In this document: positions 1 to 9,872 of the stretch, in pieces
How positions within the stretch are numbered: the first letter of the stretch is position 1
Layout: every line of letters begins with the position of its first letter
Assembly (NCBI GenBank): GCA_964342675.1
Contig: CAYFFR010000001.1
Coordinates: forward strand, 20,981-84,980
Direction of reading: 5' to 3'
Length of the DNA stretch: 64,000 nt
Origin: an uncultured Gammaproteobacteria bacterium
Lineage (GTDB): Bacteria > Pseudomonadota > Gammaproteobacteria > Magnimaribacterales > D2472
Translations under genes and position numbers: made by a program
Notes under the pieces: generated by a model
What the model was told of the DNA's origin: nothing
Seen by the model: the letters and a program-made list of their open reading frames with translations, nothing else
The model's database searches: none

Positions 1-381
1 CAAGATAGAATCTTTGCGGCTGAAAATGAAGGTAAGATTCAAATTCACTGGAACTCAAATTTAAAAGAAGTCATTGGGGACGATTCAGGAGTGACTAGTG
101 CCAAAATCTCAATAAATGATAAGGAAGATGATTTAAATGTAAATGGTATATTTATAGCTATAGGTCATGAGCCAAATACTAATATTTTTAAAAATCAACT
201 AAAAATGGAAGATGGCTATATTCTAATAAAATCAGGCCTAGATGGATCAGTTACATCTACTAGTATGCCTGGGGTGTTTGCTGCAGGTGACGTCTCAGAT
301 CAAGTTTATCGACAAGCAGTTACATCTGCTGGCTTTGGATGTATGGCAGCTTTAGATGCTGAAAAATATCTTGCTGAATAA
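1..381 (+). CDS. trxB: thioredoxin-disulfide reductase, C-terminal fragment (5' end lies outside the window)
   Basis: Frame 1 is open from base 1 to the stop at 379-381. The tail FIAIGHEPNT...GVFAAGDVSDQVYRQAVTSAGFGCMAALDAEKYL is the conserved TrxB C-terminal region. The GTG at 91 in the ORF track is an internal codon. Confidence 0.85.
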   Translation, partial: QDRIFAAENEGKIQIHWNSNLKEVIGDDSGVTSAKISINDKEDDLNVNGIFIAIGHEPNTNIFKNQLKMEDGYILIKSGLDGSVTSTSMPGVFAAGDVSDQVYRQAVTSAGFGCMAALDAEKYLAE

Positions 382-388
382 ATTCTAT

Positions 389-1174
389 CTAATCCTGTTC
401 TAGCATTATGTTGCTATTCCACCATGCAGCATCTGAAAATGCCCTCATATCAAGCTCATGTGTCCACGAAGATCTATGTTGTTGAGCTAAATGATAATAA
501 GTATCGGCGATCTTTTCTGGAAGTAACAAACCATCATGCTCCATTCCTTTTGACTCTCTAAACTTTTGATACATTTCAGGTCCCATCATCTTACCTAGAG
601 TATCAGGGGCATCAACAGCACCATCAATAACGATATGAGTAACGTGAATACCTTGAGAGGAAAACTCGGCATTAAGTGACTGACAAAGCATTCTTCTTGC
701 TCCCATAGCTGCAGCATGAGAATGTTGGTTCATATTTCCTCTCATTGCTGCTGTAGCAGAGGTTACTAATAAAGTTCCTTTACCTCGTTCCACCATCAAG
801 GGACAAAGAACCTTTGCTGCTCTAAACAAACCAAAACTTGCCATTCTCCATCCCCACTCAAATTCTTTATGGCTAGTTTGATCAAGCAACTTCATCCCTG
901 TTTGTGCACCCAGGTTGTATACAAGGACTTCAATAGGACCAAAATCAGATTCTACAGAATGAATCGTTTCTTCTATGGCGTTATCTTCTATGGCATTCAT
1001 GATGTAACCATTGGCTGAGCCGCCTTGGTCTGTAATATTGTTGACTAATCGATCCAATCCTTCCTTATCAGATCTCCTGCATAGTGAAGAATGATATCCC
1101 TCTTGTGCAAATTTAGTAGCTACTGTTCCACCAATACCTGCCCCGGCTCCTAGAACTAAACAAACTGGTTTCAT
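389..1174 (-). CDS. short-chain dehydrogenase/reductase (SDR) family oxidoreductase
   Basis: 261 aa. N-terminal Rossmann glycine motif LGAGAGIGG. Length and layout are typical of SDRs. Substrate unknown. Confidence 0.8.
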   Translation of the reverse strand: MKPVCLVLGAGAGIGGTVATKFAQEGYHSSLCRRSDKEGLDRLVNNITDQGGSANGYIMNAIEDNAIEETIHSVESDFGPIEVLVYNLGAQTGMKLLDQTSHKEFEWGWRMASFGLFRAAKVLCPLMVERGKGTLLVTSATAAMRGNMNQHSHAAAMGARRMLCQSLNAEFSSQGIHVTHIVIDGAVDAPDTLGKMMGPEMYQKFRESKGMEHDGLLLPEKIADTYYHLAQQHRSSWTHELDMRAFSDAAWWNSNIMLEQD

Positions 1175-1189
1175 AGTTTTAAATATTCA

Positions 1190-1321
1190 CTATTGGCCTG
1201 CTACCCAAAAGAGCGCTGCTATTACAACGACAAAAATAATTATAGTAGCAATAACTGCATCTGATTTTGAATCATCATTAGCTTCAGGTGATTCATAATA
1301 TTTTTCATATTCATCACTCAT
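1190..1321 (-). CDS. possible 43-aa single-pass membrane peptide (below the ORF-track size cut-off)
   Basis: Manual translation gives MSDEYEKYYESPEANDDSKSDAVIATIIIFVVVIAALFWVAGQ*. Its ATG (1321-1319) overlaps the TGA of the upstream gene as ATGA. It has an acidic head followed by one hydrophobic helix and fills an otherwise empty 143-bp gap. Confidence 0.3.
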   Translation of the reverse strand: MSDEYEKYYESPEANDDSKSDAVIATIIIFVVVIAALFWVAGQ

Positions 1322-2307
1322 ACATTTTCTCCGTGTTTAATAATTATTCTACCCTGTTGTTGACCAGATAATATTTTTTGGATTTCATTATCAAGCTTAT
1401 TTAATGATATTTCCTTAATAAAAGGATTCATATTAATTTTCCAGTCTGATGATAATTTCTTCCATAGATATTCTTTATATTCTATCTTTGCTTCAGCTGA
1501 ATCAATGCCTTTGAGAATAATACCCCTTAAAATAAATGGAAAGACTGTGGTATTTAATTTTATTGAATTTACATTTCCACAACAAGTAATAACAGCATGT
1601 CTATCTGTTTTAGAAATAATTCTAGCAAGTATTTCACCACCGACAGTATCAATAGCATGAGAGAATTCAGATTTATCTAACGGTTTAATATCATTTTCAA
1701 CAAAACTATCACGCATAATGATCGATGAAGCACCTAAATCATTAAGAAAATCTGTAGCTAAAGGTTTACCAGTAATGGCAGCCACTGATACACCAAGTTT
1801 CGATAAAATTCCAATAGATATACAGCCCACTCCTCCGGTTGCACCAGTTACTACAACAGGTTTATCTAAAGAATTATCAAGCGGTAATGAATCAACGCTA
1901 GCAGCAGCAGTTAGGCCAGCTGTACCAAAGGAAATAGCTTCTTTTTTTGATAAATTAGAAGGTAATGCAATCACCCATGATGATGGAACTTGAATATATT
2001 CTCCAAAACCACCATGTGTATTCATTCCCATATCATAACCAGTGACTATAACCTCATCACCTTCCTTAAAATTATCTGAAGAAGATTTATATATAGTTCC
2101 AACTGCATCAATGCCAGGTACAAAAGGATATACTTTTGTGACACCTTTATTTCCTGATGCTGATAAAGCATCCTTATAATTCAAAGATGAATAATTAACT
2201 TGGATAATTACTTTATCAGATTCTAAATCAGGTATAGGTAATTCTGTTATAGACGACTTAAAACCTTCATCATATTCTTCGACGTAATAAGCTTTATAGG
2301 TAGACAA
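1318..2307 (-). CDS. MDR-superfamily NADPH:quinone/acrylyl-CoA reductase (YhdH/AcuI-like)
   Basis: 329 aa. VNYSSLNYKDALSASGNKGVTKVYPFVPGIDAVGT and the GATGGVG nucleotide motif are typical of the zinc-free YhdH/YhfP/AcuI subgroup. Confidence 0.75.
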   Translation of the reverse strand: MSTYKAYYVEEYDEGFKSSITELPIPDLESDKVIIQVNYSSLNYKDALSASGNKGVTKVYPFVPGIDAVGTIYKSSSDNFKEGDEVIVTGYDMGMNTHGGFGEYIQVPSSWVIALPSNLSKKEAISFGTAGLTAAASVDSLPLDNSLDKPVVVTGATGGVGCISIGILSKLGVSVAAITGKPLATDFLNDLGASSIIMRDSFVENDIKPLDKSEFSHAIDTVGGEILARIISKTDRHAVITCCGNVNSIKLNTTVFPFILRGIILKGIDSAEAKIEYKEYLWKKLSSDWKINMNPFIKEISLNKLDNEIQKILSGQQQGRIIIKHGENV

Positions 2308-2309
2308 TC

Positions 2310-3080
2310 TTATCTCGGCTTCATTCTCATGGCAGAATCTAATCTTATTGTTTCACCGTTCAGATAAGTATTCTGAACTATGTGAGCAGCTAATTCTCCA
2401 AATTCAGATGGGTTACCGAATCTATGAGGGAACTGGGTAGATTCTATAAGAGGGTCTCTAATTTTCTCGGGAGCTAGTTTCATTAAAGGAGTATCAAAAA
2501 TTCCAGGAGCTATAGTATTAACCCTTATAGCATGTCTAGCTAAATCTCTTGCTGCAGTTAATGTTAATCCAATCACTCCAGCTTTTGATGCACTATATGC
2601 TGATTGACCAATTTGTCCTTCATAACCAGCTATAGATGCTGTATTTATAATCACGCCTTTTTCACCCTTTACGTCAGGTTCATTCTTATCCATCAATGAA
2701 GCTGATAACCTCATCACATTGAAAGTACCCACTAAGTTCAAATCAATAATAAATTTAAAATGATCTAGTGGATGAGGTTCATCTTTACCAATGATTCTTC
2801 CTCCATAGCCAGTGCCCGCACAATTTACAACAACATGTAATGAGCCAAAGTTCTTGTCAATTAAGTTCATTGCATCTTTAACAGGGTCTTCTTCAATAAT
2901 ATTGGTGTTTATAAATTGAACATTTTCAGAACCAAGATCATCAATAATCTTATTTGCATTTTCTTCATTTAAATCCAAAATTACTGCTTTTGCTCCTGCA
3001 TGTACAAAATTCCTAACAGTTGCTTCACCAAGACCAGAAGCTCCCCCAGTGATTGCTGCGACTTTTCCTGAAATATCCAT
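2310..3080 (-). CDS. SDR, 3-hydroxyacyl-CoA dehydrogenase type II-like
   Basis: 256 aa. TGGASGLG cofactor motif, YSASKAG catalytic motif, C-terminal NGETIRLDSAMRM. Overall pattern resembles HSD10/FadB2x-type enzymes. Confidence 0.75.
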   Translation of the reverse strand: MDISGKVAAITGGASGLGEATVRNFVHAGAKAVILDLNEENANKIIDDLGSENVQFINTNIIEEDPVKDAMNLIDKNFGSLHVVVNCAGTGYGGRIIGKDEPHPLDHFKFIIDLNLVGTFNVMRLSASLMDKNEPDVKGEKGVIINTASIAGYEGQIGQSAYSASKAGVIGLTLTAARDLARHAIRVNTIAPGIFDTPLMKLAPEKIRDPLIESTQFPHRFGNPSEFGELAAHIVQNTYLNGETIRLDSAMRMKPR

Positions 3081-3169
3081 ATATATATCCTTTTTAGATC
3101 AAATAAAACGACATAATTATAAGCTTTTCGAGGACTTATTACAGGTTTATGCGTTATGAATAAGTAAAT

Positions 3170-3185
3170 TGGCACCAGAGTTGCA
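3170..3185 (+). promoter_or_regulatory. sigma-54 (RpoN) -24/-12 promoter
   Basis: TGGCAC-cagag-TTGCA matches the consensus TGGCAC-N5-TTGCW exactly. It lies about 30 bp upstream of the porin-glnK-amtB operon, a classical NtrC/sigma-54 target. Confidence 0.7.
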
Positions 3186-3216
3186 TTAATTATAATAAAT
3201 AGTTATGGAGTTAATT

Positions 3217-3810
3217 ATGAAAAATTGTATTTTAACAATAGTTGGTTTGATCTCACTACCTATTTTGTCTGAAGTAAGTGCAAATATTTCATTTACCTCA
3301 GATTATATTTGGAGAGGAATGACTCAAAGTGATGGTTCTGCTATACAAGGAGGCTTTGATTATAGTTCTGAATCAGGTTTTTATGCAGGTTTTTGGGGAT
3401 CTAATGTAGATTTCAATAATGGTAATGGTCAAGAACTTGATTATTACTTAGGTTATGGATTTGATGTAGAGAATATTGGTATTGATATGGGTTATATTAC
3501 CTATGACTATCCTGATTCAAATCCAGATTTAAAATTTGAAGAAATTTACCTTGGTTTCAATATTGGTAATTTAGGTTTAGCTTTTTCATCAGGACAAAAT
3601 AAAGCTCCAGATTACACTGAAATTTCATATGTTGTAGGTGATGTATCTATTTCTTATGGTGAGTACGATGACTATGGAGACAACACTACTATAAGTTATG
3701 GATTTAGTTGTGGATCGTTTGATTGTTCTATTGCTGCATATGATTTTACTGATGGTGGGTATGGAGCAGATGAAGACGGTTTTTTATTTAGTGTTTCGGC
3801 AAGTCTATAG
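3217..3810 (+). CDS. TorF-family putative outer-membrane porin (TIGR02001-like)
   Basis: Signal peptide MKNCILTIVGLISLPILSEVSA followed by ISFTSDYIWRGMTQSDGSAIQGGFDYSSESGFYAGFWGSNVDF and ELDYYLGYGF, the hallmark N-terminal pattern of this family. I prefer the ATG at 3217 because GGAG sits 6 nt upstream. The ATG at 3205 would leave almost no leader after the sigma-54 promoter. Confidence 0.75.
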   Translation: MKNCILTIVGLISLPILSEVSANISFTSDYIWRGMTQSDGSAIQGGFDYSSESGFYAGFWGSNVDFNNGNGQELDYYLGYGFDVENIGIDMGYITYDYPDSNPDLKFEEIYLGFNIGNLGLAFSSGQNKAPDYTEISYVVGDVSISYGEYDDYGDNTTISYGFSCGSFDCSIAAYDFTDGGYGADEDGFLFSVSASL

Positions 3811-3819
3811 GAGGTAACA

Positions 3820-4158
3820 ATGAAATTAGTCACTGCAATTATAAAACCTTTTAAATTACAAGAGGTTAGAGAAGAGTTAGTTAAGGCTGGAGTTGAGGGT
3901 CTTACCATAACAGAGGTTAAAGGTTACGGAAGACAAAAAGGTCATACTGAACTCTATAGAGGAGCTGAATATACCGTTGATACATTACCAAAAATTAAAT
4001 TAGAAATAATTGTTAGTGCTGATAAATCATCACAAGTCATTGATGTAATAACAAAAACAGCTGGTACAGGAAAAATTGGTGATGGAAAAATATTTGTAAC
4101 AAATGTTGATGAAGTCATCAGAATAAGAACTGGCGAGACAGGCAATGATGCTATATAA
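3820..4158 (+). CDS. glnK: nitrogen regulatory protein P-II
   Basis: 112 aa. [13 protein letters not shown]...T-loop [17 protein letters not shown] with the modifiable Tyr. AGGAGG ribosome-binding site. Located directly upstream of amtB. Confidence 0.95.
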   Translation: MKLVTAIIKPFKLQEVREELVKAGVEGLTITEVKGYGRQKGHTELYRGAEYTVDTLPKIKLEIIVSADKSSQVIDVITKTAGTGKIGDGKIFVTNVDEVIRIRTGETGNDAI

Positions 4159-4177
4159 ATATTTAAGGAGAAATAAT

Positions 4178-5467
4178 ATGAGGATATTAACTTTATGTGT
4201 TGGCCTATTTATGGCTCTTACTAGTCAAGGCTTATATGCTGATGAATTGAATTCTGGAGATACTTCTTGGATCTTAACTTCAACAGCCTTAGTTCTATTA
4301 ATGACTTTACCAGGTCTAGCCCTATTCTACGGTGGTCTAGTTAGAACAAAAAATGTTTTATCGGTATTGATGCAATGTTTTGCCATCGCCTGCATAGTTT
4401 CCGTTTTGTGGGTGCTTTATGGATATAGTCTATCTTTTTATGGAGATGGAGATTTCTTCGGTAATGGTGCCGCGTTATTCTTAAGTAGTGTTGTTAGAGA
4501 TGGATTATCGGTTGGATACGCCACATCAATACCTGAGTCATTGTTTGTAATATTCCAAATGACTTTTGCAATAATTACTCCTGCATTAGTGGTTGGAGCA
4601 TTTGCTGAAAGGATGAAATTTCCAGCAATGTGCTTATTTAGTGCTTTATGGTTAACCCTTGTATATATTCCTGCATGCCATATGGTTTGGGGTGGAGGAT
4701 TATTAGCTGACTGGGGTGTAGTGGATCTTGCTGGTGGATTAGTAGTTCACGCAACATGTGGAGTTGCTGCGCTAGTAGTTGCGATTATTTTAGGCCCTAG
4801 AAAAGATTTTCCTGGACCTTCACTAGTTCCTCACAATAGACCTATGGTAGTAATGGGAGCGGCATTTTTGTGGGTGGGTTGGTTTGGTTTTAATGCTGGA
4901 AGTGCTTGGTCTGCAGGTGCTGATGCTGGTATGGCTATGCTCGTAACTCATATAAGTGCTGCAGTTGGAGCCTTAACTTGGATGACTGTTGAGTGGCTTA
5001 AAACTGGAAAACCTACCGTTGTTGGAATAGCAACAGGAATGGTAGCAGGTCTTGCAACCATAACGCCAGCTTCAGGAACGGTAGGACCACAAGGAGCATT
5101 ATTAATTGGCTTTCTGGCTGGATTAGTTTGTTTCTATGCAACACAATTTATAAAAGGAACTTTAAAAATTGATGATTCCCTAGATGTATTCCCTGTTCAT
5201 GGTGTAGGCGGAATTATGGGTATACTTTTATTGAGTTTTCTCGGGACTAAAGGAATACTAAGTGTCGGCTCATCAGGAGATTTTAATCCAATAACTCAAT
5301 TTATAATTCAGCTGAAAGGAGTTGGTGTAATAGTCTTATGGACTATCGTCTTTACATGGATTGCCATTAAAATAACATCTTTAATTACTTCTCTTAGAGT
5401 GAATGATGAAGATGAAAGCGAAGGATTAGACCTTATAGAGCATAATGAAACTGGGTATAGTAATTAA
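4178..5467 (+). CDS. amtB: ammonium transporter
   Basis: Multi-TM protein with Amt signatures (DLAGGLVVHATCGVAAL, FGFNAGSA, VFPVHGVGGIMG). I prefer the ATG at 4178, which is preceded by AAGGAG and begins a signal-like MRILTLCVGLFMALTSQGLYA. The track start at 4145 lies inside glnK. Confidence 0.95.
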   Translation: MRILTLCVGLFMALTSQGLYADELNSGDTSWILTSTALVLLMTLPGLALFYGGLVRTKNVLSVLMQCFAIACIVSVLWVLYGYSLSFYGDGDFFGNGAALFLSSVVRDGLSVGYATSIPESLFVIFQMTFAIITPALVVGAFAERMKFPAMCLFSALWLTLVYIPACHMVWGGGLLADWGVVDLAGGLVVHATCGVAALVVAIILGPRKDFPGPSLVPHNRPMVVMGAAFLWVGWFGFNAGSAWSAGADAGMAMLVTHISAAVGALTWMTVEWLKTGKPTVVGIATGMVAGLATITPASGTVGPQGALLIGFLAGLVCFYATQFIKGTLKIDDSLDVFPVHGVGGIMGILLLSFLGTKGILSVGSSGDFNPITQFIIQLKGVGVIVLWTIVFTWIAIKITSLITSLRVNDEDESEGLDLIEHNETGYSN

Positions 5468-6600
5468 GATCTTTGTTTAGCTTTACTAAGGACAGGATTA
5501 GCGTATTGTTGAAATAATCTTTGACTTACGCTAATTTTAGTTTTCTTAGTTCTTTCTTTTAAATATTGTATTGCCGCATTAATTTCTAATTCAGAGAACT
5601 GATCATCTATAGGGTTATCTTCATTTAAAAGTTCGAGTGCAGCAAAATTAGTTGGATGTAGTTTATATAAATCAATAATGGATGAAGTGATCTTATAGGA
5701 GGATTTTTCATAATCATCTTCATTATCAAAGTGTAAAGGCTTTCCTATATTTAATAAGACATTCCCTTTATAGCCCTGTATGCCATTAGCAATACTAATT
5801 AAATCTTCTTTTTCATGTTTTTGATATAAGCCCTGATCATCAATCATCTGCAATTCATATGCCTTCTTAAGGTCGTTGGGATCATACTCATATGAAATAG
5901 CAACAGGCACTATTTGAATCCTATTTAACAAATTTGATAATGATAGATCTTTTTTTGATGCAAGATGTATCATTTTTAATATTGCTGGGTCTGTAAAGTC
6001 TAATCCGTCTTTTGCCCTACCCTGTTTTTGGGCTATCCAAACTGATTCGGTTTGATCAAAAATACAATGATGAATAAACTCTGATGCAAGCAACAAGTCT
6101 TTATAAATATCTTTTTTATTCTTTCCAGATCGTTGAATAATAAAACTCTTATTTAATCTCATTAAGTCTGCTGCCCATTCCTCACTCATAAGGTTATTAC
6201 CTACAGCCATATTGAAGGTGTCGTGATTATTCTTAAATAAACAATAGTTTAGTAACGCTGCATCTAAAGTGATATCTCGATGGTTAGAGATATATAAATA
6301 TGCTTTACTATTATCAACGTTCTCTATTCCGTTGCACATAAAATTGTTCATACTTTTATTGATGGTGTTTGTCACTAATTTTTCAAAAATTAACTGGTAA
6401 TCATGAATGTTCTTTATTTCTTTAAATTTATTCTTTAAAACGCGTTTTACAAAAGAGTCTTTAAAGGGTAAAAAATTTAGATATTTAGGGATTGAAATAC
6501 TACCAAAAACATTTATCAATTGTTTATTATTAATTAGCTTCTCAAGGACTGGAAAAATCTCACCTTCCTGATAAGGCCTAATCGATTTAAATTTGTCCAT
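5464..6600 (-). CDS. PlsC-like phospholipid/glycerol acyltransferase family protein (putative)
   Basis: 378 aa. YISNHRDITLDAALL resembles the acyltransferase catalytic-His block, but the spacing is H-x5-D rather than the canonical H-x4-D. The gene starts 4 bp after the oadB stop. Confidence 0.5.
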   Translation of the reverse strand: MDKFKSIRPYQEGEIFPVLEKLINNKQLINVFGSISIPKYLNFLPFKDSFVKRVLKNKFKEIKNIHDYQLIFEKLVTNTINKSMNNFMCNGIENVDNSKAYLYISNHRDITLDAALLNYCLFKNNHDTFNMAVGNNLMSEEWAADLMRLNKSFIIQRSGKNKKDIYKDLLLASEFIHHCIFDQTESVWIAQKQGRAKDGLDFTDPAILKMIHLASKKDLSLSNLLNRIQIVPVAISYEYDPNDLKKAYELQMIDDQGLYQKHEKEDLISIANGIQGYKGNVLLNIGKPLHFDNEDDYEKSSYKITSSIIDLYKLHPTNFAALELLNEDNPIDDQFSELEINAAIQYLKERTKKTKISVSQRLFQQYANPVLSKAKQRS

Positions 6601-6604
6601 GGAT

Positions 6605-7894
6605 CTAGGCTAAATATTGAATCATAATGCCTGCAGCAACTGCAGAGCCAATTACGCCAGCTACATTTGGTCCCATTGCATGCATAAGTAAAAAATTCTG
6701 AGAATTATATTCTAAGCCTACTTTATTAACCACTCTAGCCGCCATGGGTACTGCTGATACACCAGCAGCACCGATTAGTGGGTTAACTTTATTTTTACTA
6801 AACAAGTTCATTATTTTGGCCATTAGGACTCCAGCTGCAGTACCAATTCCAAAAGCAACTACTCCTAGTAATAAAATACCCAATGTTTCAGGAGTTAAGA
6901 ATTTATCAGCTGCTAAGCGTGACCCAACACTTAAGCCTAGAATAATTGTGACAATATTTATGAGAGAGTTCTGTGCAACCTCACTTAGTCGTTCAACAAC
7001 CAATGATTCTCGTAATAAGTTACCAAAACAGAACATCCCTAATAGTGGTGCTGCAGAAGGCAATAATAAAGCAACTAATAATAATAATATTAAAGGGAAA
7101 AGAATTTTTTCTCTTTGGCTTACTTCTCTTAGTTGAACCATTTGAATAATTCTTTCCTTTTTAGTCGTCATCAACCGCATGATTGGAGGTTGTATTAACG
7201 GAACAAGAGCCATGTAAGAATATGCTGCTACAGCAATAGCGCCTAACAACTCCGGTGCTAAAATAGATGCAACATAAATTGCTGTCGGTCCATCTGCACC
7301 ACCAATGATTCCGGTAGCGGCTGCTTGAGACAGAGTAAAACTAAATGTATCAAAATTATTAAGCAGTAAGGCGCCTATTACAGTTGCAAAAATACCAAAT
7401 TGAGCAGCAGCTCCTAGAATAAGTGTTTTAGGGTTGCCTAACAATGGCCCAAAATCTGTCATAGCGCCTACCCCCATAAAGATAAGTAAAGGGGCAACAC
7501 CCGAGGCAATTGCAACGTTATAAAATTTATATAATATTCCTGATTTATACCCAGCTTCATTAGCTGCAAGCTCTAAAGCCATTAGTTCGATTTCAGTTAA
7601 ATTATTAGGCCACCTTTCTAAGCCAACATCAACAATACTTAATTTTAGTGTTTGAATTAATTCCTCATTACCGCTAATCAACAATTTCTCAAATCCACTT
7701 AATGCTAATCCTATGTCTGGAATGTTTGTCAAAATTGCGCCAAAACCTATTGGTAATAATAATAAGGGTTCAAATTTTTTATTTATTGCTAGATATAGCA
7801 ACAGTAGACCAACAAAGATCATGATAATTTGGCCATTAGTGATATTAAAAAAACCAAATGAATTAACTAGATCAGAAATATTAAAGTTATCCAT
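6605..7894 (-). CDS. oadB: oxaloacetate decarboxylase (Na+-translocating) beta subunit
   Basis: 429-aa polytopic protein with [14 protein letters not shown]...[28 protein letters not shown], conserved in OadB/GcdB/MmdB pumps. Confidence 0.9.
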   Translation of the reverse strand: MDNFNISDLVNSFGFFNITNGQIIMIFVGLLLLYLAINKKFEPLLLLPIGFGAILTNIPDIGLALSGFEKLLISGNEELIQTLKLSIVDVGLERWPNNLTEIELMALELAANEAGYKSGILYKFYNVAIASGVAPLLIFMGVGAMTDFGPLLGNPKTLILGAAAQFGIFATVIGALLLNNFDTFSFTLSQAAATGIIGGADGPTAIYVASILAPELLGAIAVAAYSYMALVPLIQPPIMRLMTTKKERIIQMVQLREVSQREKILFPLILLLLVALLLPSAAPLLGMFCFGNLLRESLVVERLSEVAQNSLINIVTIILGLSVGSRLAADKFLTPETLGILLLGVVAFGIGTAAGVLMAKIMNLFSKNKVNPLIGAAGVSAVPMAARVVNKVGLEYNSQNFLLMHAMGPNVAGVIGSAVAAGIMIQYLA

Positions 7895-9648
7895 TATATA
7901 AAATCAATTAACAGATCTTGAGGTGATACTGCATCTCCTATTGAAACATGAATGTTTTTAACTGTTCCAGAATAAGGAGATTTAACCTCGGTTTCCATCT
8001 TCATAGCTTCAAGTATAAAAAGAACTTGATCTGGTGTAACTGCATCTCCCTCTTGAACAAGAATTTTAAATATATTCCCACCTAAAGGAGCTCTTAACTG
8101 ATGCTGAACATTATCAGATTCCTTATCATCGATATCTGCTTGGTTCTTATGTAGATTATTTCTATCACTAGTAATGTCACCATTTTCATCTACAAAAACA
8201 TTAAATGTTTTCTCATTAATTGTAATGCGATAATTTCCTGAGGATATTTCATCGATCTCTGGAGGTCTTGATTCAAAGAAGCTTGGATTATTTAGATTTT
8301 CAAAATACTGAGTTCCAATTTCTGGGAACAATGCATATATAAGAATATTCTCATCATTCATTTTTATATTTAATTTCTTATCCTGCAATACTTCAGAAAA
8401 ATTATTAGATATATCATCAAAAGTCTCTTCAATTAAATCTGCTGGTCTACAAGTAATCGCAGCCTTGCCATCTAATGCTCGTTCTTGCAGTTCTTTATTT
8501 ACAGGAGCTGGAGTTGCACCATACTCACCAGATAAAAGTGCTTGCGTTTCTTTAGTAATAGTTTTATATCTCTCATTATTCAAAACATTAATAACAGATT
8601 GAGTTCCCACAATTTGTGATGTTGGTGTTACGAGAGGTATATAACCTAAATCCTTCCGCACCTCTGGTATTTCATTTAAAACCTCATCAAACTTATCAGA
8701 TGCATTTTGTTCTTTAAGTTGATTTTCTAAATTAGTGAGCATTCCTCCGGGAACTTGGCTTACAAGTATTCTTGAATCAACCCCTCGTAAAGAACCTTCA
8801 AATTGCTTATATCTTTTTCTAATATTTTTAAAATGTTCTGCTACTGGTTCTAATCCCTTTAAATCTATTGCGGTCTCTCTGTTGGTACCTTCTAAAATTG
8901 CTATTAGTGATTCAGTTGGGGAATGTCCATATGTCATACTCATACTGGAAATTGATGTATCAATATTATCTAAGCCTGCTTCAATGGCTTTGATACCAGT
9001 TGCAGTTGACATACCTGTAGTTGCATGACATTGCATATGAATAGGAATTTCTAATTTTTCTTTTAAAGAACTTACTAGCTCATAAGCTACATAAGGTTTT
9101 AATAATCCTGCCATATCTTTAATTGCAAGAGAATCTGCACCTAAATCTTGAAGCTTCATTGATGTTTCAACCCAATTATCAATGTTATGAACTGGGCTAG
9201 TTGTATAAGAAATAGTTCCTTGAGCATGACCACCAAATTCTTTAGTTGCAACGATAGCCTGTTGCATATTTCTAACATCATTTAAAGCGTCAAATATTCT
9301 AAAAACGTCAACGCCATTTAATTTTGAGCATTCTACAAATTTCTTTACTACATCATCAGAATAATGTTTGTATCCAAGTAAATTTTGACTTCTAAGAAGC
9401 ATCTGTTGCTTTGTTTTAGGCATCATTTTCTTAATTTTTCTTATTCTTTCCCAAGGATCTTCTCCTAGATACCTGATACAAGAATCAAAAATTGCACCTC
9501 CCCAAGATTCTACAGACCAATAACCCACATCATCCATAAGAGTTAAGGCTGCTTCCATATCTTCATATCTAAACCTTGTAGCTAATAGTGACTGGTGTCC
9601 ATCCCTTAGGACGACTTCAGTTATACCGATTGGGTTTTGATTATTCAT
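7894..9648 (-). CDS. oadA: oxaloacetate decarboxylase alpha subunit (carboxyltransferase plus biotinyl domain)
   Basis: 584 aa. N-terminal [20 protein letters not shown]-barrel carboxyltransferase motif and C-terminal biotin attachment motif [10 protein letters not shown]. Confidence 0.9.
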   Translation of the reverse strand: MNNQNPIGITEVVLRDGHQSLLATRFRYEDMEAALTLMDDVGYWSVESWGGAIFDSCIRYLGEDPWERIRKIKKMMPKTKQQMLLRSQNLLGYKHYSDDVVKKFVECSKLNGVDVFRIFDALNDVRNMQQAIVATKEFGGHAQGTISYTTSPVHNIDNWVETSMKLQDLGADSLAIKDMAGLLKPYVAYELVSSLKEKLEIPIHMQCHATTGMSTATGIKAIEAGLDNIDTSISSMSMTYGHSPTESLIAILEGTNRETAIDLKGLEPVAEHFKNIRKRYKQFEGSLRGVDSRILVSQVPGGMLTNLENQLKEQNASDKFDEVLNEIPEVRKDLGYIPLVTPTSQIVGTQSVINVLNNERYKTITKETQALLSGEYGATPAPVNKELQERALDGKAAITCRPADLIEETFDDISNNFSEVLQDKKLNIKMNDENILIYALFPEIGTQYFENLNNPSFFESRPPEIDEISSGNYRITINEKTFNVFVDENGDITSDRNNLHKNQADIDDKESDNVQHQLRAPLGGNIFKILVQEGDAVTPDQVLFILEAMKMETEVKSPYSGTVKNIHVSIGDAVSPQDLLIDFI

Positions 9649-9872
9649 GATTCGTGAAATTTTATTACTTCTTTAATTGCAGTCAATTCATCTTCATTAA
9701 TTTGATTCTCATCATATGATTGATTTGTTGGTACGATGTTTTGTGATGAAAATTTGGAAACAACTAATGTCATGGATTTGGTCACAGTAATTAAAACTAA
9801 CAAAAATAAGAAAACGACAGACATGCCTGTGTACATCAACATAATGCCCGGTTGTATCATTTCATAAAACAT
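9645..9872 (-). CDS. oadG: oxaloacetate decarboxylase gamma subunit
   Basis: 75-aa protein with a single N-terminal TM helix (MLMYTGMSVVFLFLLVLITV). Its stop overlaps the oadA start as ATGA, in the canonical oadGAB order. Confidence 0.7.
   Translation of the reverse strand: MFYEMIQPGIMLMYTGMSVVFLFLLVLITVTKSMTLVVSKFSSQNIVPTNQSYDENQINEDELTAIKEVIKFHES

Noticed and set aside
3081-3169. NtrC enhancer sites upstream of the sigma-54 promoter
   Set aside because: I found no TGCACC-N5-GGTGCA-like dyad in the intergenic DNA or the adjacent roughly 100 bp of coding sequence, so none is annotated.
2981-3175. 64-aa minus-strand ORF spanning the SDR start and the intergenic region
   Set aside because: It overlaps the 5' end of the SDR gene in another frame and runs across the sigma-54 promoter region. 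It has no homology-like features.
4145-4177. N-terminal extension of amtB ([11 protein letters not shown]) from the track
   Set aside because: It begins inside glnK. The ATG at 4178 has an AAGGAG ribosome-binding site and starts a proper signal-like sequence.
6744-7136. 130-aa plus-strand ORF inside oadB
   Set aside because: It is antisense to a strongly conserved membrane-pump gene, and its composition mirrors the complementary codons. The same reasoning applies to 7713-7901 and 8735-9028.
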